Assembly: GCF_009914755.1 (NCBI RefSeq)
Contig: NC_060932.1
Direction: 5' to 3' (one strand)
Origin: the human T2T-CHM13v2.0 reference genome, Homo sapiens
Length of the DNA stretch: 64,000 nucleotides
Both the position numbers and the translations under genes were made by a program. Shown here piece after piece: positions 1 through 12,661 of this stretch; position 1 is the stretch's first letter, and every line of letters starts with the position of its first letter. The notes under the pieces were generated by a model. That model worked only from the letters and a program-made list of their open reading frames with translations. It was not told the origin of the DNA and did no database searches.

Positions 1-419
1 GATGTTAAAGATAGATAAAACCTAGATAACATTCACATTTTGATAGCTATATATAAAAAAATTACAACAATAGAGAATAGAGGGATTTTAAGATGTATAG
101 CAGGACCAATGGGAAAAAAATAATTTGGTGCAATTGAATCTCCCTTGGCCCTCCTCAAATCAGATCACATAGGAAGCTACTCTGTATGGTGCCATTTTTG
201 AAGAAATACATGCCCTTGATAACCTTATAAAATGGAAATGATACCATTTTAGAATTCAAAGGAAGGTGGTTCAATTAGGGAGTTGGGAATGAAATGCTCA
301 AAATAAAGTCATTTCTGCCTTCCTATCTTGGGCAGAGAGGTGAATAGCCTTACAGTTGAATGAAGCAATTTTTCCACCTGCATTTTTAATAGCCAGGGAA
401 AGAGAATGGTGATGCCAGT

Positions 420-1340
420 CTGCAGAGACTCTTAAAATTGGAAGGGACCCAATAAATCATGTTCATTGTACATTGACCTCCTATTTAGCAGTAAAACCTG
501 TGCAAGATTCTCACCCTCAATTCCTAAGGGGTTAATTGTCCTAGACTTGCATGCCTCCAGTGACAGGGACCTCACTGCTTCCCGAGATAGCCAATTTTGT
601 GGTTAGACTGCTCTAGTTTTATAATGCTGCTTTCAAAAGTAATAGAATCAGCACTCTTTGCCACACTTGGCCATGTATTATCAAATATTATCTCACTCAG
701 GGAGGGAGAATTTTTTTTTCTGTTTCATAAAAGGGGAGCCTGAGATTCAGAGTGACTAAGTGATTTGCTCAATGTCACACAACTGGAATTCAATTCCAAG
801 CCCAGTTCTGTTCCTCCATCTCCCCGCAAACGCCTTAGAGTGTGCTTGAATCTGTCTCTAATTTTCACTTCTACTGATTCTAGTTCACACTCAGAAATCT
901 CACAGTACAAGCCTACTCTTATCATACACATGATGTTCCTTCCAGTGTCTGGGTCAGTCCTTGCATTATACTGTATGTCATTTTAGTTTCCAGGTTAAAT
1001 GCCCAATTTCAACTGTTTCTCAAATGCCTCATTCCCAGATATCCTCAGACAGTCTCGCCCAGATGCATTTCAGGTTTCTAATATCCCTTTTAATGTGACA
1101 CATCTTGAACTGAGCACATCCTCCAGGCATATTATGACTTGTGCGATGTGGAAACAAGCTATCACCTCTCTTTCCCCACACACTGTACTTCTGTTGATGC
1201 AATGACATCATGCTATTGACTCCAAAAACATATAAGCAATTAATGCCACTAAATCCTTTTTCACACAGGCAGCTATTAAATTGTATCTTCCTCATTCTGT
1301 ACAGGTACAATGAGTTTTTTGAATCATATTCATTCTGCTT
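420..1340 (-). mobile_element. Highly diverged ancient LINE relic (L3/CR1-like) with a MIR piece at ~725-810
   Basis: CR1-like phrases (cctccagtgacagggacctcact, gaactgagcacatcctccagg) and MIR core ctgagattcagagtgactaagtgatttgctcaatgtcacac; boundaries approximate. Confidence 0.45.
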
Positions 1341-1398
1341 AACTTAAAAATGTTCCAAAAATATTGTTCCAGACTGTTAAAATTTATAGTTTTGGGGT

Positions 1399-1710
1399 TT
1401 TTTATTTGTTTGTTGTTGTTGTTGTTTTTGAGACAGAGTTTTGCTGTTGTTGCCCAGGCTGGAGTGTAATGGCACAATCTTGGCTCACCGCAATCCCCGC
1501 CTCCTGGGTTCAAGCGATTCTCCTACCTCAGCCTCCCGATAGCTGGGGTTACAGGCATGTGCCACCATGCCCGGCAAATTTTGTATTTTTAGTAGAGATG
1601 GGGTTTCTCCATGTTGGTCAGGCTGGTCTCGAACTCTCGACCTCAGGTGATCCACCCGCCTCAGCCTCCCAAAGTGCTGGGATTACAAGTGTGAGCCACT
1701 GCGCCTGACC
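1399..1710 (-). mobile_element. Alu SINE (AluSp/Sq-like)
   Basis: Reverse-complement dimeric Alu with (TTG)n tail, gagacagagttttgct...gtgagccactgcgcctgacc. Confidence 0.95.
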
Positions 1711-1880
1711 AAAATTGTTAGTCCTGTTAACATGATTTCAATGCCATTTTCAATTTCAATTGAAGATGACCTGATTTCAGATGCTACCAAATCACATCAT
1801 CATCAATAAATTAGTATTTTTTGAGAGAGCCTGTCCCACTACCACATATTGCAGCGCCTACTAAAATGTGATATTTTTTA

Positions 1881-2171
1881 GGCCTGATGCAGTGACTCAT
1901 GCGTGTAATCACAGCACTTTGGGAGGCTGAGGCGGGTGGATCCCTTGAGGTCAGGAGTTCAAGACCAGCCTGGCCAACATAGCAAAACCCCGTCTCTACT
2001 AAAAATACAAAAATTAGCTGGGCATGGTGGCATGTGCCAGTAATCCCAACTACTTGGGAGGCTGAGGCACGAGAATCACTTGAGCCTGGGAGGCGGAGGT
2101 TGCAGTGAGCCAAGATCACGCCCACTGCACTTCAGCCTGGGCAATGCAGTGAAACTCCATCTCAAACAAAA
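1881..2171 (+). mobile_element. Alu SINE (AluS)
   Basis: ggcctgatgcagtgactcatgcgtgtaatc...actccatctcaaacaaaa; both arms present. Confidence 0.95.
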
Positions 2172-5100
2172 TGTAGTATCTTAGTCTATTTTATGCTATT
2201 AGATTAGAATACCACAGACTAGGTAATTTATAATGAACAGAAATTTATTTGGCTTGCAGTTCTGGAGGCTAGGAAGTCCGAGATCAAGGCATGACATCTG
2301 GTAAGGGCCTTCTCATTATGTCGTAGCATGGCAAAAGGCATCAAATGGCAAGAGAGCACAAAAGAAGGCCAACCTTAATTTTATAACAAACCCACTCCCA
2401 CAACAACATTAATCTATTCGTGAGGACAGAGCCCTCATGACCTAATCACCCCTTAAAGGTCCTACCTCTTAATACTATCACAATTAGCCATTAAGTTTCA
2501 ATACCTAAATTATGCAGGAGACACATTCAAACCACAGCATTCTACCCCCTCCCCCTTATGTGCTTCTCACATGCAAAATATACTCATTCCATCTTCATAA
2601 CCCCAAAATCTTAACTTGTTCCAACATCATAAGTCCAAAGTCCAGTGTCTCATCTGAATCAGATATGGATGAGACTCAAGGCATGATTAATTCCAAGGCA
2701 AATTTCTCTTTAGCTGACAGTCTGTGAAATTAACAAGTTACACGCTTCCAAAATATAATAGTGGGACAGGCCTAGGATAGACATTCCCATTGCAAGAGGG
2801 AGAACTAGGAAAAAAGAGAGGGGCAACTAGTTCCAAATAAGTCCAAAACCCAACAGCAAAAACAACATTGAGTCTTAAAGCTGGAGAATAACCTCTTTGT
2901 CTCCATCTTCCCCATTCTGGACATGCTGGGGTGGGAGTTGGTCCCCCAAGGCCTCAGGCAGCTCCACCCTTATGGAACTCTGTGCCAGGAATCAAGGTCA
3001 AAGACCAAATACAGTTTATTATTATGCCATAGCCCAAAATGAGAAACAGCCCTGATGTCCTTCAACAGGTGAATGGTTTAAAAAATGTGATATAACAATA
3101 TCATGGAGTACTACTCAGCAATTAAAAGGAATAAGCAATTTATGCTCATAACAACTTGGCTTTGCTGGGCTCAGTTCACCCAGCAGCTCTAATAGATTGA
3201 AGTCTTGTCCCTGCAGCTTTTCCAGGCTGGAGTTGCATGCTGGTGACCTTACAATTCTAGGGTTTTTGAAGCTGCCACACTCCCACAGCTCTGGTAAGCA
3301 TTGCCCTCATAGGGACTCTCCATGGTGGCTCTGCCCCTATGATAAGTCTCTGCCTGAGTCCCTAGGCTGTCCACAATATCTTTTGAAATCTAAGTGGAGG
3401 TTTCCATGGACCCACTGCCCTTACATGGGGTTGAATCTGAGTGTCTGCAGATTCAGCACTACATGAATGCTGCCAAAGCTTACTGCTTGCACCCTTCAAA
3501 GCTATGGCATGGGCCACACTTGGGACTTCTGGAGCCATGGTTGGGGAACTTGAGGAGCACTGCACCAGAATGTAAGGAGCAAAGTCTCAAGGCAGTGCAG
3601 GGTAGCAAATGGTGAGGTCCTGCAGGCACTGCTCTGGAAACCTTGCCCTCAAAGTCCTAGCTTGCCCTGAAGATCTCTGAAATGACTTTGAGGTCATTCT
3701 CCCATTGTCTTGATGAATAGAATCTGGCTTCCTTCTATCCACATTAATCTCTTAGAAAATGGTCACTTGGCCACACCTTTAGTATTCTTCTTCCCAACAT
3801 GCTTTTTTAATTCTCTTACATGGCCAGGCTGAGCATTTTCCAAACCTTTTCATTCTGCTTCCCTTTTAATTATAAATCTCATATTTAAAATAATTTATCT
3901 CAAGATGGCCAAATAGGAACAGCTCCAGTCTGCAGCTCCCAGCGAGATCAACACAGAAGGTGAGTGGTTTCTGCATTTCCAACTGAGGTACCCAATTCTT
4001 CTAATTGGAACTGGTTGGACAGTGGGTGCAGCCCACGGAGGGCAAGCCAAAGTGGAGTGGGGCATCACCTCACCCGGGAAGCACGAGGGGTCGGGGAATA
4101 TCTTCTCCCCTATCCAAGGGAAGCCATGAAGGACTGAACCTGAGGAACCATGCACTCCAGCCCAGATACTGCGCTTTTCCCATGGTCTTTGCAACCTGCA
4201 GACCAGGAGATCCCCTCCGGTGCCTACCCCACCAGGGCCCTGGGTTTCAAGCACAAACCTGGGTGGCCGTTTGGGCAGTCACCGAGCTAGCTGCAGGAAT
4301 TATATTTTTTTTTTCCATACCCCAGTGGCATGTGGAATGCCAGTGAGACAGAAACGTTCACTCCCCTGGAAAGGGGTGCTGAAGCCAGGGAGCCAAGTGG
4401 TCTGGCTTGGGGGGTCCCACCCCCATGGAGCCCAGCAAACTAAGATCTACTGGCTTGAAATTCTCACTGCCAGCACAGCAGCAGTCTGAGATCAACCTGG
4501 AATGCTGGAGTTTGGTGGGGGGAGGGGTGTCCGCCACTGCTGAGGCTTGAGGAGGTGGTTTTACCTTCACAGTGTAAACAAAGCCTCTGGGAAGTTCAAA
4601 CTGGGTGGAGCCCACTGCAGCTCAGCAAGGCCCTTGCAGCCAGACTGCCAGATTTCTCCTCTCTGGGCAGGGCATCTCTGAAAAAAAAGGCAACAGCCCC
4701 AGTCAGGGACTTACAGATAAAACCCCAGCTCCCTGGGACAGAGCACCCGGGGGGAAGGGATGGCTGTGAGCGCAGCTTCAGCAGACTTAAATCTCCCTGC
4801 CTGATGGCTCTGAAGAGAGCAGCGGACCTCCCAGCACACCATCTGAGCTCTGCTAAGGGCCAGAATGCCTCCTCCAGTGAGTCCCTGACCCCCATGTTTC
4901 CTGACTGGGAGACACCTCCCAGTAGGGGCTGACAGACACCTCATACAGGAGAGCTCTGGCCGGCATCTGGCAGGTGCCCCTCTGGGACGAAGCTTCCAGA
5001 GGAAAGAACAGGCAGCAATCTTTGCTGTTCTGCAGCCCCGACTGGTGATACCCAGGCAGACAGGGTCTGGAGTGGACCTCCAGCAGACTCCAGCAGGCCT

Positions 5101-5222
5101 TCAGCAGAGGGGCCTGACTATTAGAAGGAAAACTAACAAACAGAAAGGAAAAGCATGTCCACTTAAAGACCCCATCCGAAGGTCACCAACATCAAAGACC
5201 AAAGTTAGATAAATCCACAAAG

Positions 5223-6240
5223 ATGGGAAGAAACCAGTGCAAAAAGGCTGAAAATTCCAAAAACCAGAACGCCTCTTCTCCTCCAAAGGATCACAACTCC
5301 TCACCAGCAAGGGAACAAAACTGGATGGAGAATGAGTTTGACAAATTGACAGAAGTAGGCTTCAGAAGGTGGGTAATAACGAACTCCTCCGAGCTAAAGA
5401 AGCATGTTCTAACCCAATGCAAGAAAACTAAGAACCTTGAAAAAAGGTTAGATGAATCGCTAACTAGAATAACCAGTTTAGAGAAGAATATAAATGACCT
5501 GATGGAGCGGAAAAACACAGCATGAGAACTTTGTGAAGCACACACAAGTATTAATAGCCAAATCCATCAAGCAGAAGAAAGGATATAAGAGATTGAAGAT
5601 CAACTTAATGAAATAAAGCAAGAAGACAAGATTAGAGAAAAAAGAATAAAAAGGAATGAACAAAGCGTCCAAGAAATATGGGACTATGTGAAAAGACCAA
5701 ACCTACATTCGATTGGTGTACCTGAAAGTGATGGGAAGAATGGAACCAAGTTGGAAAACGCTCTTCAGGATATTATCCAGGAGAACTTCCTCAACCTAGC
5801 AAGACAGGCCAACATTCAAATTCAGGAAATACAGAGAACACCACAAAGATACTTCTCAAGAAGAGCAACCCTAAGACACATAATCGTCAGATTCACCAAG
5901 GTTGAAATGAAGGAAAAAATGTTAAGGGTAGCCAGAAAGAAAAGTCGGGTTACCCACAAAAGGAAGCCCATCAGACTAACACCAGATCCCTTGGCAGAAA
6001 CCCTACAAGCCAGAAGAGAGTAGGGGCAATATTCAACATTCTTGAAGAAAATAATTTTCAACCCAGAATTTCATAGCAAAACTAAGCTTCAAAAGCAAAG
6101 GAGAGATAAAATATTTTATAGACAAACAAATGCTGAGAGATTTTGTCACCACCAGGCCTGCCTTACAAGAGCTCCTGAAGGAAGCACTAAACATGGAAAG
6201 GAACAACCAGTACTAGCCACTGCAAAAACATACCAAATTG
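5223..6240 (+). pseudogene. L1 ORF1p (RNA-binding protein), disrupted
   Basis: MGRNQCKKAENSKNQNASSPPKDHNSSPAREQNWMENEF and KRPNLHSIGVPESDG...ETLQARRE; premature stops at 5523 and 6021. Confidence 0.9.
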
Positions 6241-7274
6241 TAAAGACCATCAATCCTATGAAGAAACTGCATCAACTAATGTGCAAAATAACCAGCTAGC
6301 ATCATAATGACATGATCAAATTCACACATAACAATATTAACCTTAAATGTAAATGGGCTAAATGCCCCAATTAAAAGACACAGACTGATAAGGATAGAGT
6401 CAAGACCCATCAGCGTGCTGTATTCAGGAGACCCACCTCATGTGCAAAGACACACATAGGCTCAAAATAAAGGGATGGAGGAAAATTTACCAAGCAAATG
6501 GAAAGCAAAAAAAAAAAAAAAAAGCAGGAGTTGCAATCTTAATCTCTGATAAAACAGATTTTAAACCAATAAAGATCAAAAGAGACAAAGAAGGGCATTA
6601 CATAATGGTAAAGGGATCAATGCAACAAGAAGCATTAACTTTCCTAAATATATGTGCACCCAACACAGGAGCACCCAGATTCATAAAGCAAGTTCTTAGG
6701 GACCTACAAAGAGATTTAGACTCCCACACAATAATAGTGGGAGACTTTTAACAACCTGTCAATATTAGACAGATCAACAAGACAGAAAATTAACAAGGAT
6801 ATTCAAGACTTGAACTCAGCTCTGGACAAAGTGGACCTAAAAGACATCTACAGAACTCTTCACCCCAAATCAACAAAATATACATTCTCAGCATCTCATC
6901 ACACTAATTCTAAAATTGACCATAAATTGGAAGTAAAACACTCCTCAGCAAATGCAAAAGAATGGAAATCATAACAGTCTCGCAGTCCACAGAGCAATCA
7001 AATTAGAACTCAGGATTAAGAAACTCACTCAAAGCCGCACAACTACATGGAAACTGAACAACCTGCTCCTGAATGACTACTGGGTAAATAACATAATGAA
7101 GGCAGAAATAAAGATGTTCTTTGAAACCAATGAGAATGAAGACACAATGTACCAGAATCTCTGGGACACATTTGAGGCAGTGTGTTCTAGAGAGAAATTT
7201 ATAGAACCAAATGCCCACAAGAGAAAGCAGGAAAGATCTCAAATTGACCCCCTAACATCAAAATTAAAAGAACT

Positions 7275-9137
7275 CCTCTCCCTCTCCCTCTCCCTCTCCC
7301 TCTCCCTCTCCCTCTCCGTCTCCCTCTGCCTCTCCCCACGGTCTCCCTCTCCCTCTCTTTCCACCATCTCCCTCTGATGCCGAGCCGAAGCTGGACTGTA
7401 CTGCTGCCACCTCGGCTCACTGCAACCTCCCTGCCTGATTCTCCTGCCTCAGCCTGCCGAGTGCCTGCGATTGCAGGCGCGTGCCACCACGCCTGACTGG
7501 TTTTTGTATTTTTTTGGTGGAGACGGGGTTTGGCTGTGTTGGCCGGGCTGGTCTCCAGCTCCTAACCGCGAGTGATCCGCCAGCCTCGGCCTCCCGAGGT
7601 GCCGGGATTGCAGACGGAGTCTGGTTCACTCAGTGCTCAATGGTGCCCAGGCTGGAGTGCAGTGGCGTGATCTCGGCTCGCTACAACCTCCACCTCCCAG
7701 CTGCCTGCCTTGGCCTCCCAAAGTGCCGAGATTGCAGCCTCTGCCCGGCCACCACCCCATCTGGGAAGTGAGGAGCGTCTCTGCCTGGCCACCCATCGTC
7801 TGGGACGTGAGGAGCCCCTCTGCCTGGCTGCCCAGTCTGGAAAGTGAGGAGCGTCTCTGCCCGGCCGCCATCCCATCTAGGAAGTGAGGAGCGTCTCTGC
7901 CCGGCCGCCCATCGTCTGAGATGTGGGGAGCGCCTCTGCCCCGCTGCCCCATCTGGGATGTGAGGAGCGCCTCTACCCGGCCGCGACCCCGTCTGAGAAG
8001 TGAGGAGACCCTCCGCCTGGCAACTGCCCCATCTGAGAAGTGAGGAGCCCCTCCGCCCGGCAGCCGCCCCGTCTGAGAAGTGAGGAGCCCCTCCGCCCGG
8101 CAGCCACCCCGTCTGGGAAGTGAGGAGCGTCTCCGCCCGGCAGCCACTCCGTCCGGGAGGGAGGTGGGGGTCAGCCCCCGCCAGCCCAGCCGCCCCGTCC
8201 GGAAGGGAGGTGGGGGGGTCAGCCCCCCGCCCGGCCAGCCGCCCCGTCCGGGAGGTGAGGGGCGCCTCTGCCCGGCCGCCCCTACTGGGAAGTGAGGAGC
8301 CCCTCTGCCCGGCCAGCCGCCCCATCCGGGAGGGAGGTGAGGTGGTCAGCCCCCCACCCGGCCAGCCACCCCGTCCGGGAGGGAGGTGGGGGGTCAGCCC
8401 CCCGCCCAGCCAGCCGCCCCATCTGGGAGGGAGGTGGGGGGATCAGCCCCCTGCCCGGCCAGCCGCCCCGTCCGGGAGGGAGGTGGGGGGATCAGCCCCC
8501 CGCCCGGCCAGCCGCCCCACCCTGGAGGTGAGGGGCGCCTCTGCCCGGCCGCCCCTACTGGGAAGTGAGGAGCCCCTCTGCCTGGCCACCACCCCGTCTG
8601 GGAGGTGTACCCAACAGCTCATTGAGAACAGGCCATGATGACAATGGCAGTTTTGTGGAATAGAAAGGGGGGAAAGGTGGGGAAAAGATTGAGAAATCGG
8701 ATGGTTGCCGTGTCTGTGTAGAAAGAAGTAGACATGGGAGACTTTTCATTTTGTTCTGTACTAAGAAAAATTCTTCTGCCTTGGGATCCTGTTGATCTGT
8801 GACCTTACACCCAACCCTGTGCTCTCTGAAACATGTGCTGTGTCCACTCAGGGTTAAATGGATTAAGGGCGGTGCAAGATGTGCTTTGTTAAACAGATGC
8901 TTGAAGGCAGCATGCTGGTTAAGAGTCATCACCACTCCCTAATCTCAAGTACCCAGGGACACAAACACTGCGGAAGGCCACAGGATCCTCTGCCTAGGAA
9001 AACCAGAGACCTTTGTTCACTTGTTTATCTGCTGACCTTCCCTCCACTATTGTCCTATGACCCTGCCAAATCCCCCTCTGCAAGAAACACCCAAGAATGA
9101 TCAATAAAAATAAATAAATAAAGAAAGAAAGAAAGAA
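7275..9137 (+). mobile_element. Full-length SVA retrotransposon (SVA_C/D-like)
   Basis: (CCCTCT)n at 7275, antisense Alu-like domain ~7375-7740, GC-rich VNTR ~7740-8605, SINE-R ~8605-9108 with AATAAA at 9103, A-rich tail to 9137. Confidence 0.97.
7740..8605 (+). repeat. SVA VNTR (~35-50-bp GC-rich units)
   Basis: Recurrent gtgaggagcgtctctgcccggccgcc and ccgtccgggagggaggtggggggtcagcccc units. Confidence 0.95.
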
Positions 9138-9381
9138 CTCTCCAAAAATTATACTAAAACCCATTTATCACTTTTGCAGACATTTTTAAATTCAGTGCAG
9201 TGAAATAGGGTGTTAATGAAAGATTGTAATAGAGTAGAAGTCAGTAAAGTGATGAAAACATTTTCTAAAACTTGACATGATCATTTACTGGTAAAATCAC
9301 TCTCTGGTAGCCGATACTTTTTTCTTTTCTGTATGCCCTTATAGATGAAATACAAAACAAGTGCTTAATAAAATATATCAC
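9138..9381 (+). other. Putative SVA 3'-transduced genomic segment
   Basis: Non-L1, non-SVA sequence between the SVA tail and the 3' TSD (caaaattaaaagaact at 7259-7274 and 9382-9397), with its own AATAAA at 9367. Confidence 0.85.
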
Positions 9382-12300
9382 CAAAATTAAAAGAACTACA
9401 GAAGCAACAGCAAACAAATTCAAAAGCTAGCAGAACACAAGAAATGACTAAGAGCAAAACTGAAGGAGATAGAAACACAAAAAAGCCTTCAAAAAAAATC
9501 AAAGAATCCAGGAGCTGGTTTTTTGAAAAGATCAACAAAATAGATAGACATCTAGCCAGACTAAAAAAGAAGAAAAGAGAGAATAATCAAATAGATGCAA
9601 TAAAAAATGATAAAGGGAATATCATCACCAATCCCATAGAAATACAAACTACCATCAGAGAATACTGTAAACACCTCTATGCAAATAAACTAGAAAATCT
9701 AGAAGAAATGGATAAAATCCTGGACACATACACTCTCCCAAGACTAAACCAGGAAGAAGTCAAATTCCTAAAGAGACCAATAGAAAGTTCTGAAATTGAG
9801 GCAGTAATTAATAGCCTACCAACCAAAAAATGTCCAGGACCAGATGGATTCACAGCCGAATTCTACCAGAGGTAAAAAGAGGAGCTGGTACCATTCCTTC
9901 TGAAACTATTCCAAACAACAGAAAAAGAGGGACTCCTCCCTAACTCATTTTATGAGGCCAGCATCATCCTGATACCAAAACCTGGCAGAGACACAACAAA
10001 AAAAGAAAATGTCAGGCCAATATCCCTGATGAACACAGATGCAAAAATCCTCAATAAAATAGTGGCAAACCGAATCGAGCAGCACATCAAAAAGCTTATC
10101 CACCACTATCAAGTCAGCTTCATCCCTGGGATGTGAGGCTGGTTCAACATACACAAATCAATAAACGTAATCCATCACATAAACCGAACCAATGACAAAA
10201 ACCACATGATTATCTCAATAGATGCAGAAAAGGCCTTCAACAAAATTCAACACCCCTTCATGCTAAAAACTCTCAATAAACTAGGTATCAATGGAATGCA
10301 TCTCAAGGTAATAAGAGCTATTTATGACAAACCCACAGCCAATATCATACTGAATGGGAAAAAACTGGAAGCATTAACTTTGAAAACCAGCACAAGACAA
10401 GGATGCCCTCTCTCACCACTCCTATTCAACATAGTATTGGAAGTTCTGGTCAGGGCAATCAGGCAAGAGAAAGAAATAAAAGGTATTCAAATAGGAAGAG
10501 AGGAAGTCAAATTGTCTTTGTTTGCAGATTACATGATTGCATATTTAGAAAACCCCATCGTCTCAGCCTGAAATCTCCTTAAGCTGATAAACAACTTCAG
10601 CAAAGTCTCAGGATACAAAATCAATGTGCAAAAATCACAAGCATTCCTATACACCAATAACAGACAAACAGAGAGCCAAATCATGTGTAAACTCCCATTC
10701 ATAATGGCTACTAAGAGAATAAAATACATAGGAATACAACTTACAAGGGATGTGAAGGACCTTTTCAAGGAGAACTACAAACCACTGCTCAAGGAAATAA
10801 GACAGGACACAAACAAATGGAAAAACATTCCATGCTCATGAATAGGAAGAATCAATATGAAAATGGCCATACTGCCCAAAGTAATTTATGGATTCAATGT
10901 TATCCCCATCAAGCTACCATTGACTTTCTTCATAGAATTAGAAAAAACTACTTTACATTTCATGTGGAACCAAAAAAGAGCCTGCATAGCCAAGACAACC
11001 CTAAGCAAAAACAACAAAGCTGGAGGCATCATGCTACCTGACTTCAAACTATACTACAAGGCTACAGTAAAAAAAAAAAACAGCATGGTACTTGTACCAA
11101 AACAGATATATAGACCAATGGAACAGAACAGAGGCCTCAGAAATAACACCACACATCTACAACCATCTGATCTTTGACAAACCTGACACAAACAAGCAAT
11201 GGGGAAAGGATTCCCTATTTAATACATGATGTTGGGAAAACTGGCTAGCCATACACAGAAAACTGAAACTGGACCCCTTCCTTACACCTTATACAAAAAT
11301 CAACTTAAGATGGATTAAAGACCAAAACATAAGACCCAAAGCCATAAAATCCTAGAAGAAAACCTAGGCAATACCATTCATGACATAGGCATGGGCAAAG
11401 ACTTCATGACTAAAACACCAAAAGCAATGGCAACAAAAGCCAAAATTGACAAATGGGATCTAATTAAACTAAAGAGCTTCTGCACAGCAAAAGAAACTAG
11501 CATCAGAGTGAACAGACAACCTATAGAATGAGAGAAAATTTTTGCAATCTCCATGTGACAAAGGGCTCATATCCAGAATCTACAAAGAACTTAAATTTAC
11601 GAGAAAAAAGCAAACAACCCCATCAAAAAGTGGGCAAAGGATATGAACAGACATTTCTCAAAAGAAGACATTTATACAGCCAGCAAACATAAGAAAAAAT
11701 GCTCATCATCACTGGTCATTAGAGAAATGCAAATCAAAACCACAATGAGATACCATCTCATGCCAGTTAGAATAGCGATCATTAAAAAGTTAGGAAACAA
11801 CAGATGCTGGAGAGGATGTGGAGAAATAGGAACGCTTTTACACTGTTGGTGGGTGTGTAAGTTAGTACAACCATTGTGGAAGACAATGTGGCAATTCCTC
11901 AAGGATCTAGAACTAGAAATACCATTTGACCCAGCCATCCCATTACTGGGTATTTATCCAAACGATTATAAATCATTCTACTATAAAGATACATGCACAT
12001 GTATATTTATTGTGGCACTATTCACAATAGCAAAAACTTGGAACCAACCCAAATGTCCATCAATGATAGATCAGATAAAGAAAATGTGGCAAATACACAC
12101 AATGGGATACTATGCAGCCATAAAAAAGGATGAGTTCATGTCCTTTGCAGGGACATGGATGAAGCTGGAAACCATCATTCTCAGCAAACTATCACAAGAA
12201 CAGAAAACCAAACACCACATGTTCTCACTCATAAGTTGGAGCTTAATAATGATAACATATGGACACAGGGAGGGGAACATCACACACTGAGGCCTGTTGG

Positions 12301-12661
12301 GAGGTGGAGGGCTAGAACAGGGATAGCATTAGGAGAAATGCCTAATGTAGGTGATGGGTTGATGGGTGCAGCAAACCACCATGGCACAGGTATACCTATG
12401 TAACAAAACTGCACATGTACCCCAGAACTTAAAGTATAATAATAATAATAATAATAATAATTTCTCTCTTCTCTCTTTTCACTGTAAGCAGCCAAAAGAA
12501 GCCTTGCAGTGCCTTGAACACTTTGCTGCTTAGATATTTCTTCTGCCAGATATACTAGTTCACCACTCTTAAATTCTGTTTTCCATAAAACTCTAGGGCA
12601 TTGACACAATTGCACAAATTCTTTGCAACTGTATAGCAAAAATGGCCTTTACTCCAGTTGG

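Larger units (their letters stand above)
6307..12245 (+). pseudogene. L1 ORF2p (endonuclease/reverse transcriptase), disrupted by stops, frameshifts and the SVA
   Basis: EN motifs (HRLKIKGWRKIYQANG, IIVGDF), [14 protein letters not shown] motifs ([37 protein letters not shown] as degenerate FADDM) and C-terminal [16 protein letters not shown]. Confidence 0.92.
3902..12460 (+). mobile_element. Full-length LINE-1 (L1PA7-like), inactivated, split by an SVA
   Basis: 5'UTR caagatggccaaataggaacagctccagtctgcagctcccagcgagatc; ORF1 and ORF2 remnants; 3'UTR ending cccagaacttaaagtat(aat)n; TSD aataattt[a/c]tctc at 3889-3901 and 12456-12468; ttt/aaaa endonuclease site. Confidence 0.95.

Noticed and set aside
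1364-2125. Alu-derived ORFs here and elsewhere (17848, 38509, 43992, 47409, 54732)
   Set aside because: Standard Alu translation artefacts.
7417-9100. Long ORFs (up to 214 aa) on both strands
   Set aside because: They lie in the SVA Alu-like, VNTR and SINE-R domains; GC-rich repeats lack stops and the peptides are repetitive.
9128-9143. aaagaactctcc after the SVA tail resembling the 5' junction as an alternative TSD
   Set aside because: The match is short, and L1 ORF2 resumes only after the perfect 16-bp repeat at 9382-9397.
5223-12290. Active L1 / functional reverse transcriptase
   Set aside because: Multiple stops and frameshifts, the catalytic DD changed to DY, and an SVA inserted in ORF2.
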